From assembly GCA_965222225.1 (NCBI GenBank), contig CBDCTK010000002.1, positions 960,001-1,024,000 on the forward strand: DNA of 64,000 nucleotides. The letters are read 5' to 3'. Of this stretch, positions 20,112 to 30,643 are shown piece after piece (position 1 is the stretch's first letter; each line of letters begins with the position of its first letter). A program made the position numbers and the translations under genes. This DNA comes from Candidatus Poribacteria bacterium (GTDB lineage Bacteria > Poribacteria > WGA-4E > JAJDTR01). A model generated the notes under the pieces. The model saw nothing but the letters and a program-made list of their open reading frames with translations, ran no database searches and was not told where the DNA came from.

Positions 20112-21076
20112 ACATGTCAAACCAATCCTTAGATCAGATTATTGTAGATGATTGCCTTGAAGTGCTTCCTCAGATTCCGGATGACAGTGTTGATGTCTGC
20201 TTTGCAGACCCACCATTCAACCTCAAGAAAAAGTATACCTCCTACGATGATAGAAAGGCGCTCAAAGACTATATCTCGTGGTGCGAAAAATGGTTGTCGG
20301 AATTAGTGCGAGTAACGAAACCGGAAGGCTCAATCTTTGTACACAACATTCCGAAATGGCTGACCTATTTTGCCGACCATTTGAATCAGATTGCCGTTTT
20401 CCGCCACTGGATTAGTTGGGATTCAATGAGCGTCCCACTTGGCAAAACGTTACTTCCTGCTCATTACGGCATCCTCTACTACACAAAACGGGGAAAAGGG
20501 TTTAAGTTCTACGACGTGCGTATTCCCCATAAAAAATGTCGGCTTTGTGACGGGTATCTCAAAGATTACGGAGGTAAGAAGGCACAAATGCATCCCTTCG
20601 GCACGCTGGCAAGCGATGTCTGGACTGACATCCATCGCATTCGTCACAACAAACGCAGAGATGAACACCCCTGTCAACTGCCGCTTCACCTTCTTGAGCG
20701 AATCGTCCTGATGAGTAGCGATCCCGGAGATGTTATCCTGGATCCCTTTATTGGCACTGGAACGACGGCAGTTGCAGCAAAACGCTTGGGACGGCATTAC
20801 ATCGGAATTGACATTGATGAGGATTATGCACAGATTGCTAGAGAGAATGTTACAAAAGAAGAACCTTCGGTCTGTGGAGGCAAATACGCTTCAATCTTCC
20901 TGGGTCGAATCATGTCGATTCGTGATATTGACTGTGTGGAGTTATTCGCGGAACATCAAGAGAATGCGCCCATAACTCAACCATTGTCGAACGCCGCCCA
21001 ATTGAGATTTTATGAGACAGCCACGCAGTATGATGAATCCGGAGACAAGGAGGACGAGGTTGCGGTCAATCCATAG
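20108..21076 (+). CDS. DNA methyltransferase (N6-A/N4-C, beta class)
   Basis: DPPF motif IV precedes DPFIGTGTT motif I; HPCQLP. Confidence 0.92.
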   Translation: MNMSNQSLDQIIVDDCLEVLPQIPDDSVDVCFADPPFNLKKKYTSYDDRKALKDYISWCEKWLSELVRVTKPEGSIFVHNIPKWLTYFADHLNQIAVFRHWISWDSMSVPLGKTLLPAHYGILYYTKRGKGFKFYDVRIPHKKCRLCDGYLKDYGGKKAQMHPFGTLASDVWTDIHRIRHNKRRDEHPCQLPLHLLERIVLMSSDPGDVILDPFIGTGTTAVAAKRLGRHYIGIDIDEDYAQIARENVTKEEPSVCGGKYASIFLGRIMSIRDIDCVELFAEHQENAPITQPLSNAAQLRFYETATQYDESGDKEDEVAVNP

Positions 21077-21695
21077 CAAATCTGCACCGTTTTCACGGCG
21101 ACAGGCCTATCAACGCCCCATCATTTGGGGATGGTTAGTTCTCGTTATCACCGTACTTTCATCCCCATTGGAAGCGACCTCCGAGAACTTCCTGTCGCGT
21201 TCGGATCGAGAGCTTTTCGATGCGATCTACGATGCACCGCCGCAACGTCAACCCATAGGCACAGCCATGGAAGTAGTCACGGAATTTGGAGATCCCAAAA
21301 CGATGATGGGACTCTCGATTCTTCTCATGGCGTACGGGGACGACAAACCGCGAGAAACCGGCAGACTGCTGTCCTCGACTTTTATAACAGGCGGATTGGT
21401 AGTGCTCGGAATAAAGCAGGCAGTCCGCCGGAAACGACCGCTGGAAGATGAACTTGGCGATCCGTCCTTCCCATCTGGGCATACCTCGATAGCCTTTTCC
21501 ATGGCAACGATTCTTGGGCACCAATATCCAAAGTGGCGGATTTCGCTTTATGTTGGCGCTGGTTTGGTCGGGCTATCTCGAATCTATTTGGGCAGGCACT
21601 ACGCTTCCGACGTGTTAATGGGTGCCGCCGTTGGCACGATTACGGGAACAGTCGTCTGGCGCAATCGAATTTCGCTGCTCAGTTGGGAATTCTAA
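21012..21695 (+). CDS. PAP2-family phosphatase (start uncertain)
   Basis: KQAVRRKRP, SFPSGH, SRIYLGRHYASDV. Confidence 0.88.
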   Translation: MRQPRSMMNPETRRTRLRSIHSKSAPFSRRQAYQRPIIWGWLVLVITVLSSPLEATSENFLSRSDRELFDAIYDAPPQRQPIGTAMEVVTEFGDPKTMMGLSILLMAYGDDKPRETGRLLSSTFITGGLVVLGIKQAVRRKRPLEDELGDPSFPSGHTSIAFSMATILGHQYPKWRISLYVGAGLVGLSRIYLGRHYASDVLMGAAVGTITGTVVWRNRISLLSWEF

Positions 21696-21779
21696 GCATA
21701 CAGGACTTACACAGTTGAACTTCCAAAGAATGTCAGACGACGTAAAGGTAAGTGAACGACCAACCGAAAGCACATTCAA

Positions 21780-21871
21780 GTGTGCTACTACAAACCTAAT
21801 GTAGGAGCGACCTCCTGTCGCGAACCAAGTTTGATTCTACAGAAGTCGCACTGTGAATTGCGCTACTACAA
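21780..21871. repeat. REP-like cluster
   Basis: GTAGGAGCGACCTCCTGTCGCGA between two GCTACTACAAA units; related sequence at 27155-27192. Confidence 0.55.
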
Positions 21872-21924
21872 ATCGAACTTCTTAAGTCCTAACCCGATCT
21901 AATTTCATCGAAGGATTGCTTCCT

Positions 21925-23367
21925 ATGCACGCAACAACCTCAAATATTCGACCTGAGCCCGACCAAATACTGGTTGACATCGCGGAATATGCGGCGAATC
22001 GCGCAATTGAAAGCAGTCTCGCTTACGAAACGGCTCGACATTGCTTGATGGATACCCTCGGATGCGGTTTGCTCGCTCTGAATTTCCCTGAATGTACGAA
22101 GCACCTTGGACCGGTTGTCCCGGGCACCATCGTCCCCAATGGCGCTCACGTACCCGGAACTCAGTACGTGTTAGACCCGGTTCAAGCCGCGTTCAATATT
22201 GGGTGCATGATTCGCTGGCTGGACTACAACGACACATGGCTCGCGGCAGAATGGGGACATCCGTCCGACAACCTCGGAGGAATCCTCGCCACGGCGGATT
22301 ATTTGAGTCGCCGTAACCTTGCTGCAGGACACTCGCCGCTTGTGATGCGCGATGTCTTAACCGCCATGATCAAGGCACACGAAATTCAAGGTGTGCTTGC
22401 CTTGGAAAACAGTCTCAACCGAGTTGGATTAGATCATGTTCACTTTGTGAAAGTTGCTTCAACGGCTGTTATAACCAAAATGCTAGGCGGTGGTGTTGAT
22501 GAAATCATCAACGCACTTTCCAACGCATTCGCTGATGGCGGCAGTCTGCGAGTATACCGCCATGCCCCGAACACTGGCGCGCGAAAATCATGGGCGGCAG
22601 GCGATGCGACAAGTCGCGCAGCAAAATTGGGGTTAATGGCAATCAAGGGAGAAATGGGATATCCCTCATCCCTTTCTGCGGATACTTGGGGATTTGAGGA
22701 TGTGTTGTTCAAGGGCAATGCTTTTGTCCGAAAACAACCTTACGCATCATACGTAATGGAGAACGTACTTTTCAAAATCTCATTTCCTGCCGAATTCCAT
22801 GCGCAGACAGCCGTAGAATGTGCTTTCGAGTTGCATGAACAGGTTCATAATCGCTTGGATGAGATCGAAAAAATCACAATCACGACACATGAATCCGCGA
22901 TGCGCATCATTGATAAAACCGGTCCCCTGCATAACCCGGCAGATCGAGATCACTGTATTCAATACATGGTGGCGATAGGATTGATATTCGGGGAATTAAC
23001 GGCGGATCACTACGAAGTTGAGGTCGCGGCAGATTCGCGTATCGACGCGCTGAGAAAAAAGATGGTCACCGTCGAAGATCTGCGGTACAGTCGAGACTAT
23101 CTTGACCCCGACAAACGGTCGATAGCCAATGCGCTTCAGGTTCATTTCAAAGATGGATTCGCTAGCGAGCAAATCGTCGTCGAGTATCCTATAGGTCACC
23201 GTCGGCGCCGTGCCGAAGGAATACCGCTGCTCAAGGAAAAGTTCGCCAAGAATCTGGCATCGCGTTTTCCGGCAAGACAGGTAGAAGCGATTATAGAACT
23301 TTGTGACGACCAGAAGCGGCTGGAAGCGATCCCTGTCAACGAATTCATGGAGATGTTGGTCATCTAA
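21925..23367 (+). CDS. prpD: 2-methylcitrate dehydratase
   Basis: [45 protein letters not shown]. Confidence 0.95.
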   Translation: MHATTSNIRPEPDQILVDIAEYAANRAIESSLAYETARHCLMDTLGCGLLALNFPECTKHLGPVVPGTIVPNGAHVPGTQYVLDPVQAAFNIGCMIRWLDYNDTWLAAEWGHPSDNLGGILATADYLSRRNLAAGHSPLVMRDVLTAMIKAHEIQGVLALENSLNRVGLDHVHFVKVASTAVITKMLGGGVDEIINALSNAFADGGSLRVYRHAPNTGARKSWAAGDATSRAAKLGLMAIKGEMGYPSSLSADTWGFEDVLFKGNAFVRKQPYASYVMENVLFKISFPAEFHAQTAVECAFELHEQVHNRLDEIEKITITTHESAMRIIDKTGPLHNPADRDHCIQYMVAIGLIFGELTADHYEVEVAADSRIDALRKKMVTVEDLRYSRDYLDPDKRSIANALQVHFKDGFASEQIVVEYPIGHRRRRAEGIPLLKEKFAKNLASRFPARQVEAIIELCDDQKRLEAIPVNEFMEMLVI

Positions 23368-23390
23368 TTTACTTAAAGGAGAAAACGTCC

Positions 23391-24179
23391 ATGGAATACT
23401 TTAAATTCTTGTCGGGTCACACCATGCCCGCTTTGGGATTGGGCACATGGGATCTGCGGGACCAACAATGCAAAACCGTGGTCAAACAAGCCGTTGAAAT
23501 GGGATATACTCATATTGATACCGCATGGATGTATGCGAATCAGAGTGAGATTGGTGAAGCCCTTCAAGAGATTGGGGTAAAACGCCACGAACTGTTCATA
23601 ACCTCGAAAATTTGGCATACGCACATGGATCGCAATAGCGTGCTCTCACAGTGCGATGAAGGCCTGGATCAACTACAGATGGATTACGTGGACCTTTTAC
23701 TCATCCACTCACCAAATCATAACGTGCCATTTGAAGAAACCCTCGGCGCCTTCAAAGAAATTTTTGATGCAGGCAAAGCCAAGAGTATCGGTATCAGCAA
23801 CTTCAACAGTGACCAAGTCGATCGCGCGCGAAACGTCTCCGCGGTGCCCATCAGTGCAAACCAAGTGGAATACAATGTTCACCATAACCGAGAGGCACTG
23901 CTACAACACTGCACGAAATATCGAATACACGTCACCGCACATCGTCCTTTGGCAAAAGGGGAAATCGGAGATGAGCGCCTTCTGAACGACATCGCGAAAA
24001 GACACGGAAAGACCGCGGCACAAGTTGCCATGCGCTGGCTTCTGCAGAAGGGAATCAGCGTTATCCCCAAGTCCGGCTCCAGAGAACACTTGAAAGAAAA
24101 CCTTGACCTGTTCGATTGGGAACTAAGCCCCGCGGAAATGAAGCAGATTGATAATCTTAGCGATCAAATGAGCGAATAG
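23391..24179 (+). CDS. Aldo/keto reductase
   Basis: LGLGTW, HIDTAWMY, ITSKIW, IGISNF, IPKS. Confidence 0.93.
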   Translation: MEYFKFLSGHTMPALGLGTWDLRDQQCKTVVKQAVEMGYTHIDTAWMYANQSEIGEALQEIGVKRHELFITSKIWHTHMDRNSVLSQCDEGLDQLQMDYVDLLLIHSPNHNVPFEETLGAFKEIFDAGKAKSIGISNFNSDQVDRARNVSAVPISANQVEYNVHHNREALLQHCTKYRIHVTAHRPLAKGEIGDERLLNDIAKRHGKTAAQVAMRWLLQKGISVIPKSGSREHLKENLDLFDWELSPAEMKQIDNLSDQMSE

Positions 24180-24180
24180 A

Positions 24181-24229
24181 TCAAGCGACTGAATACGGAG
24201 CGCGATAGAGTTCCCGTGCGATAGAGATC
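24181..24229 (+). repeat. Modular micro-insertion, copy 3
   Basis: TCAAGCGACTGAATACGGAGCGCGATAGAGTTCCCGTGCGATAGAGATC. Confidence 0.8.
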
Positions 24230-24379
24230 TTACCAGCCTTTGAAAGCGCCAGCGGCTCGGCAGGTGTATAGCACATCAAGTCGCTCCGCACCCAAGCCCG
24301 AGCGCAGAGACAGATAATTCTAACTCGGACGCCCAACAAAAAGTTTGCCCCTATTCTTCAAACAGGTTCAGATATTTTT

Positions 24380-26920
24380 TCAATCCGTCATCGCTCCGCA
24401 AAACTCCGCAAGCGTACTTTCCAACTTCGTCCCTGCCGGCACATACGCTAGTATCAGCCCATCAATGACTTTGTCCGGATCCGGCACCACACCCGTAAAC
24501 CGCTCTGCCGTGATACCCTTGGAGAGTAACAGATAAAACGTATCGCGTTTTAACCCCTGCGTCGTGTAGAAATTCCCCTGCCCCTTTGAGATAATCAGTT
24601 CGGCATCTAGCAACACATTCACAAACGAGGGTGTCGCCTGATATAGATTCGTCCCTATGGTCTTGGATCCGGAAGAACACAAGGAAACCTCTCCGCCGTT
24701 GACCGCACTCCGAAGACCTTGGAACTGCGGCAGATTGACAATCTCCTCTAAATCAGTCAGAGTTACATCATTGCTCGCCGGGGCTGCTTTAACGACAATC
24801 GTAACTTGGTGTCCAAGATCGAGTAGCATTTGAATCAACCACAGGTCGAATACCGCTTCTCCATCATTGTCAATGAGCCAGACGAGGCGTTTGGGACTGC
24901 CTTCAATCACCTCGGACTGAAATTGTTCAAGACAGTCAATCGCAAGCAGAGCGTGAACGGCTTCCTGCAAAACACGGTTGAAGTAATCAGGCTGCTCCGC
25001 AAGTCTGGCAATGACCCTTGCGCTGCTATAGTCAATGATGTTTGCCGCAATAACGAGTTTCAATCGTTGCGTCCAGTCACAATCGGGAATTTGGTCGAGT
25101 AAGTTTAGCGCAGTCTGTCTAGCTTTCAGTTTATCTTTGCGGTACGGGTCCGGATTGCCGGTAGCGAGTGACACAACTTCAAAGATGACCCCCCAGATTT
25201 CTTCAGGTGTCAATTCATCAGTAACATAAGTACCATCCTCTTTCCGCATTTCCAGCAGGTCGTCGACAGCCTTTAACGCGACACGCCGTAGAGCGGGATT
25301 GCTGGTTGCGCGACCGATGAGTTCAGCATTAGAATGCGATCGGACGTGCCGACGCAGATTTTCCCAATCGGGTTTGTTACGCATCTCACCGAACGTGTAG
25401 ACCCCCGGAATATGCTCCGACACGACGAGTTGACCGAGAGCATCCGAAGTTTTCTCCGTCGAATCCGATTCCGTGTCTAATGGAAACAAGGGGGTGCCTA
25501 AATCTGCGGAACTGGGTACTCCCAATTCCCGGTGGTCAATTGACATGCCAGCCGGAACTACGGTTGCCGCCGCCTTCACGAATCTGAGATGCACTGCCCT
25601 TCCAACTTTTGCTCGATCAAATCGGCAGTTTTCAATCTCACTTAATACTCCCAACCCGGCAACCGGTGCCCCAATCTCTTCGGATAACGGATTAGATTCG
25701 AAGACCGTGTCCGTCGCCTTTACATCCTTCAAGCCAACGAGATCGCCAACCGCGGTGTTTCCTGACAACTCAACATTCTCCAAACGACAGTAGTTTCCAA
25801 TCCTGACTCCCTTGCCGAGATGGGTTCGCCCCAGAAAATAGCAGCCATTCCCAATTTCGATATCCTCGTTTGTCAGGGTAATCTGGGCGGCAGGGTCAAC
25901 TCGAACGCCTCTCTGAGCCAGCATAACCCTCGTTCTCGCGAATAGAGATTCTTCGCCTGCAATGAGATTCGACCACCGGTTGATGCCGGAAATTGCCTTC
26001 TCCGGATAGATATAGGCATGTGTCTTCAACCCATCCTCATAGCAGTACCGAATCAAATCGACATGATGAAGTTCAGAATTGCTGCCATGCGGCTGCAATC
26101 GGTTCATTCTGTCAATTGCCGCGCTGCTGCGAATTAGAGTAATGCCTGTATTCGTGTAGCCTTCCCCGCAATCCAGTCGTCGCGACATCTCGTTTTTCTC
26201 CCCATCCGTCATTTCTTTCCACTCTTTCGTGCCGACAAACCTGCCGTCTTGATCGAAAAACAGCCCTCCCTTGTCAATGACCGTTTCAGGGATTTTGCCG
26301 CAAAGCGTAACATCCGCTCCGCTGATAAAATGTGAAACGAGTGTTTGCAGATAAACCGCTTGGTTGAGAAACGGCTCGTCTCCAAACCCGACACCCATCC
26401 ACTCTGCGTCAGATGCTTGAACAGCGGGGATTGCCGCCTGTAATGCGCCTCCGGTACCGTTCTGTTCGGGTTGGACACAGAGGATGGCATTTGGTCCGCA
26501 CAGCCGATTGACTGCTTTCATGTCAAGTGCAGATGGAGGAATGACCCCATCAAGTAGTATTTCGCGCGTCACCAAACGTTCCGCCATCTTGGAATTGACG
26601 ACAATGATGTGCGGACGAGTTCCCGGAAGATAGCTGCGGGACACCTGCAACGTATTGTACTCACCGAACCACAGATCTAGGGTCTTGTTTAGACGACCTG
26701 ACGGATCGATTCGAGTACCCTGTCCGCCCGCCAGAATCACCCACTGTGGATCGAGCCACTGTGCTAGAACGTGCTCAACGTGTTGAGGCGCAATTGTGTC
26801 TAGAAACTGTTCAATTCGTCTGTCTGTCTCCCCTTTGTCTGGAATGCCGATAGCAGTTTCCAGATTACATCGGAGAATCGTTTCAACTGCGCGACGTAGC
26901 GTTGTGAGATTATTGTGCAT
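24380..26920 (-). CDS. Fusion: GlmU-like nucleotidyltransferase + partial left-handed beta-helix + DUF89/ARMT1-like phosphatase
   Basis: ILAGGQGTR, QPEQNGTGGA, GDEPFL, NTGI; hexapeptide repeats; DPYRKDK, ANIIDY, DNDGEAVFD, NDVT, SKGQGN. Start moved from 27001 because that codon lies in a REP. Confidence 0.75.
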   Translation of the reverse strand: MHNNLTTLRRAVETILRCNLETAIGIPDKGETDRRIEQFLDTIAPQHVEHVLAQWLDPQWVILAGGQGTRIDPSGRLNKTLDLWFGEYNTLQVSRSYLPGTRPHIIVVNSKMAERLVTREILLDGVIPPSALDMKAVNRLCGPNAILCVQPEQNGTGGALQAAIPAVQASDAEWMGVGFGDEPFLNQAVYLQTLVSHFISGADVTLCGKIPETVIDKGGLFFDQDGRFVGTKEWKEMTDGEKNEMSRRLDCGEGYTNTGITLIRSSAAIDRMNRLQPHGSNSELHHVDLIRYCYEDGLKTHAYIYPEKAISGINRWSNLIAGEESLFARTRVMLAQRGVRVDPAAQITLTNEDIEIGNGCYFLGRTHLGKGVRIGNYCRLENVELSGNTAVGDLVGLKDVKATDTVFESNPLSEEIGAPVAGLGVLSEIENCRFDRAKVGRAVHLRFVKAAATVVPAGMSIDHRELGVPSSADLGTPLFPLDTESDSTEKTSDALGQLVVSEHIPGVYTFGEMRNKPDWENLRRHVRSHSNAELIGRATSNPALRRVALKAVDDLLEMRKEDGTYVTDELTPEEIWGVIFEVVSLATGNPDPYRKDKLKARQTALNLLDQIPDCDWTQRLKLVIAANIIDYSSARVIARLAEQPDYFNRVLQEAVHALLAIDCLEQFQSEVIEGSPKRLVWLIDNDGEAVFDLWLIQMLLDLGHQVTIVVKAAPASNDVTLTDLEEIVNLPQFQGLRSAVNGGEVSLCSSGSKTIGTNLYQATPSFVNVLLDAELIISKGQGNFYTTQGLKRDTFYLLLSKGITAERFTGVVPDPDKVIDGLILAYVPAGTKLESTLAEFCGAMTD

Positions 26921-26981
26921 TCTATTTGAACGACCGTTTAACTCATTCCAGATCTTAAGAGCCTGTTTGAAAAGTACATTT

Positions 26982-27192
26982 GTAGGGTGCGCACTGCGCA
27001 CCGGCGTCTAATAGCCCTTGAGGGGCGGAAGGTGTATAGAAACGCCAAAACCCCGTGCACCTATGCCCCAGCGGAGATCAAGCGAGTGGATAACGATCAA
27101 GCGACTGAATAAGGAGCGCGATAGAAATCCCGTGCGATAGAAATCCCTCTCCCGGTCGCGACCTTCTGTCGCGAGCAAAACTCGCTCCTACA
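26982..27192. repeat. REP-like cluster
   Basis: GTAG-GGTGCGC-ACT-GCGCACC hairpin, GCCCC(T/A)-type units with GGTGTATAG (also ~24247-24320), and CGCTCCTACA. Confidence 0.6.
27078..27147 (+). repeat. Modular micro-insertion, copy 4 (2+2 modules)
   Basis: TCAAGCGAGTGGATAACGA TCAAGCGACTGAATAAG GAGCGCGATAGAAATCCC GTGCGATAGAAATCCC. Confidence 0.85.
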
Positions 27193-27305
27193 GTAGACGC
27201 GCAGTGAGTGAGAATTCCGTCTTCAATTGATGATTAAAGATCACTACTCCAAACCGAACTTCATAATACCATTTCGTTTGAATAACAGTGCATAGGATAT
27301 TTTTA

Positions 27306-28554
27306 GGGACTTAGTAGTTAACTGCTTTTTGGTCGATTTGCTTGCTTTTCTCTTCTTAATGTACAATCATTTTAGACAGTGTTCGGAATCTTGATTCACA
27401 CTAAAATACATCTCTATAAGAGAGAAATGGAGGCATATCATGTTGACCAAGCGTTTGTACATGCTCGCGGGAGCATTGCGGGTTATCTGCGGGATTTTAA
27501 TTTCCAACACTATGGGATTTTCAGCACACCATGATGTTGTCGTTGACAGAATATACCGATAGCCAAACAATTCATGTGGCTCAGGTGAAGCATTCATCAA
27601 AAAATCTTATGAAAATCTCATCATCTTTTCTGCGATTATATTTCCAGCAAGACTCCATGATATACAGTGGCAGCCACTTCTTGCTGTAGTGATGATGCGT
27701 TCCGTAGAATGACCTCTTGACACAAGCCCAAAACGACTCGATGGTGTTGGTGTGAGTTACGCCGTCCTCAGAAACATATCTCTCTTGGTGATGGATAACA
27801 TGTCTTTCGATATCTTCGTCCAGACTATTGTAAGAGCGAAATTCATCAGTCATAAGAATAGACTCATCGGGTGAGACATTGCTAAGGATGAATTCTCTGA
27901 TATTTTCACCAGATAGAACCTTCATGAATTTAGCAACCACCCGACCGCCTCTCTCGACTACGCCGATGACGGGAGATTTATTTGTGCCTCTACCTCTCTT
28001 AGATTTTGCTCTGGGTTTGCCGCCGACATAGGTTTCGTCCGCTTCAACTATCCCTTTCAGCAATTCATCACTATCACTCATTTTCTCACGGAGGCGCATT
28101 GCCATATACCAAGCGGACTTTTGATTCATGTCCAAGTCACGAGCAAGCTGACAACTCGATATGCTTTTCTTGGCATTGGAAAGAATTGAGATAGCCAAAA
28201 ACCATTTCTGGAGAGGTATCTTGGTACCATGGAAGATGGTTCCTGCTGTAGCCGAAAAGCTAGATTCACAATCGTAGCAATTCCAACCAGTAGTAATGTC
28301 GTTTTTGTTCTTGCGTCCAACTTTTTCACTGCCACAGTGGATACAGCAAACACCGTCCTTCCAACGTTTTTCCTCTATAAATCTGAGACAAGATTCTTGA
28401 TTTGGAAACTCTTTCATAAGATTCAAAATGTCCATAGCAAACTCCTACGAGAAGAATAGTCACTATGGACATCTACGTGTGACGAAAAGATTTACGACAG
28501 GGTACCAAGTTTTATGTTTGTCGTCAGTCTAAAAGCTACAAGCTACTAATTCCG
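27306..28554 (-). mobile_element. IS1595-family insertion sequence, apparently intact
   Basis: Imperfect 24-bp IRs (GGGACTTAGTAG... / CGGAATTAGTAG..., 17/24); perfect 8-bp duplication TATTTTTA at 27298-27305 and 28555-28562. Confidence 0.9.
27581..28435 (-). CDS. IS1595-family transposase
   Basis: Zn ribbon CIHC/CYDC, EADETYVGG, MTDEFRSY, HTNTIESFW. Confidence 0.95.
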   Translation of the reverse strand: MDILNLMKEFPNQESCLRFIEEKRWKDGVCCIHCGSEKVGRKNKNDITTGWNCYDCESSFSATAGTIFHGTKIPLQKWFLAISILSNAKKSISSCQLARDLDMNQKSAWYMAMRLREKMSDSDELLKGIVEADETYVGGKPRAKSKRGRGTNKSPVIGVVERGGRVVAKFMKVLSGENIREFILSNVSPDESILMTDEFRSYNSLDEDIERHVIHHQERYVSEDGVTHTNTIESFWACVKRSFYGTHHHYSKKWLPLYIMESCWKYNRRKDDEIFIRFFDECFT

Positions 28555-28592
28555 TATTTTTATTATATCATTATCTTTCTCGTGGGCGGGGA

Positions 28593-28663
28593 TTAAACTA
28601 GTGAATAACGATCAAGCGAACGGATAGTGAGTGCGATAGAAAGTCCCGTGCGATAGAGATCCC
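28593..28663 (+). repeat. Modular micro-insertion, copy 5, splitting a palindrome
   Basis: TTAAACTAGTGAATAACGA TCAAGCGAACGGATAGTGAGTGCGATAGAAAGTCCC GTGCGATAGAGATCCC between GGCGGGG and CCCCGCC. Confidence 0.8.
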
Positions 28664-28830
28664 CTTGCCCCCGCCTTGGAAAGACTTGATTGACGCTATT
28701 TATTCACTTCAAATATAGAGAAATGGTATAAGTCCTAAACAGTAATGCCCAATTCTCAGAAAAGCCTTAAGTCCCAAACCGAATCGTCGAACTTTGTCGT
28801 GATGGCGGGCAGGCGGATCTCAATGCCGGC

Positions 28831-30554
28831 TCAAAGCTCCGGGACCTCAAACACCGCTTCAAAGCGTGCATCTCCCTCGTCAAAATGGTAGCTGTACCTC
28901 ACGCCCATATCCCATGGGATGAACAGTGAAAAGAGTCGAAAATCGAAGGTCAGCTCGGCACCCGCCGTCTGATAGGTAGTGTGCTGAGACCCGTCCTTGC
29001 CCAAGCCGAAGTCGTAAAAAAAGTTGGACTTGATACGCTGGAGGTACACCAACGCCCCCAAGTTCCAGTCCGGGTAGAACAGCGGCAAGGCATAGTTGGC
29101 CGACCCCTGATAGAAGTGGCGATGGAAGTGGTAGTCGTAGCCGCGGACAAAGACCTGTTCGCTTGCAAAACGGTAGAGATTGGCATCATCTTGCCACTCG
29201 TAAGTACCCTTCAGTCGCAGGCTGTGGTGAGCCCAGAGACCGGGAAAGGTCAACCCCAGCCGCCCTGACAACAAGGTGACGTCGTAGTCGCCCGGAAAGG
29301 GCGTGTGGCGGTAGGTCAGTTGCAAACTCTGGCTCCAGGCCGGGGCCAGATCGCGCTTTGCCTTATGGCGCGACCGAGATAAGGCGAGCTGGTACGACAC
29401 CGGCGCAAAACGCCGGTTCAGGTTTTCCTTGAACAAGCCGCTTGTATCGGGATGGTTTGGGTCGTTCTCGTCGGTGATATCGGTCAACTCTGCCTTTACG
29501 CTCAAATTGGCGGAAGAACTCCAGGGGCCACGGGATAAATTCAAGGGCACTTCGACGACGGCATGCAGGCTCTTTTCGGTCCACTTCTCAGTGATTTCCT
29601 CTATGTCAGTGTCGTCTTTAGTACCATCTTCCTCTTCGATTTCGTAGGCTCCGATCCGCTTGCCCCAGCGTCCACCCACGCTGAAAATGGGATACGACGC
29701 CGACAAGCTGAAATCGCCCAAGACGCTGAAGGCGTCCTCGTTGCTATTGTATTCGACCCCGCTGGTCAAGCTGCTGAGATCGAGCAAATCACTGGACGTG
29801 AGTTTGAGGGAGTGGTTTGCCCCGTCTGTCCGAGGAGCCCAGCTGTGGATCTTGAGCAGATGGCCCAGTGGTCGATAGCGGCGTACCGGGTAGACCTGCC
29901 GAGGGATGTTCACCAATACGCTGCCGCCCTGCTCTTGGTCAATCAGCGGTTCGTAATAGCGTACACGGCGATCCACTACCTGCTCGATCGGTGTCCAGGT
30001 CGTCGGGTCTAGAGGCATGACCGCGATGCGGTAGCCGTCAACAGTGTAATCCTCGAACAGGAGCGAATCGCCGTACACGGACACATGGGTGGCAGCCAGT
30101 GGTCGAGAGGTCACCTGGTAGTGGGCCCCGCTCGATAGGTGGACAGCGTGGATATTGTCGATACCCGAATAGGGCGAGTCGAAAAGCAGGTAGGAACCCC
30201 AGAAAATCGGCCAGCCAATCTCGTCGCGGGTGTGCGGCAATACAATCTGCCCCTCACCATCGACAACATCAATGTGCTCAAGCGCGTTGCCGCGTGCGTC
30301 CTGCCGCACGACAGCGATATGGCGCCCGCGTCCTCCGAACCCACGCCGGCGTGCGCCAATACACCCCGTCGGGGGCTGGAAAACGCGCCTGCTCCGCGCC
30401 ACTGGCTGTTTCCAACAGCACCAAGTGGCAGCCGCCGGTCCACGCCGGGCGGGGTTTGCCCCGAGAAAAAGTTTTGCTGCGCGAACGACGGGCGGGCAAT
30501 CAGCACCGCCAGCGCAATTGCTACCAGCGTCTTGGTTATCATCATAGCCATCAT
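28831..30554 (-). pseudogene. Internally deleted and frameshifted TolB-like propeller + outer-membrane beta-barrel protein
   Basis: Signal peptide and GQTPPGVD joined out of frame to propeller sequence (CHLVLLETASG...WRTPAW), then a barrel-like C-terminus; visibly higher GC. Confidence 0.6.
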
Positions 30555-30643
30555 ACTTGCTCCCTCCTTATACCAATGGATCTAGACGGCATCGGATCGG
30601 ACAAGGAGATTCGCAGAACTTTTCCTGCGAATCTCCTCAACTG

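Noticed and set aside
21702-21890. MITE bounded by AGGACTTA/TAAGTCCT
   Set aside because: Only an 8-bp IR and no target duplication; insufficient support
26921-27001. N-terminal 27 aa of the 873-aa ORF
   Set aside because: The start codon falls within a GTAG REP hairpin; ATG 26920 is preferred
28768-28775. TAAGTCCC as the right end of IS1595
   Set aside because: A longer IR with a perfect 8-bp duplication ends at 28554
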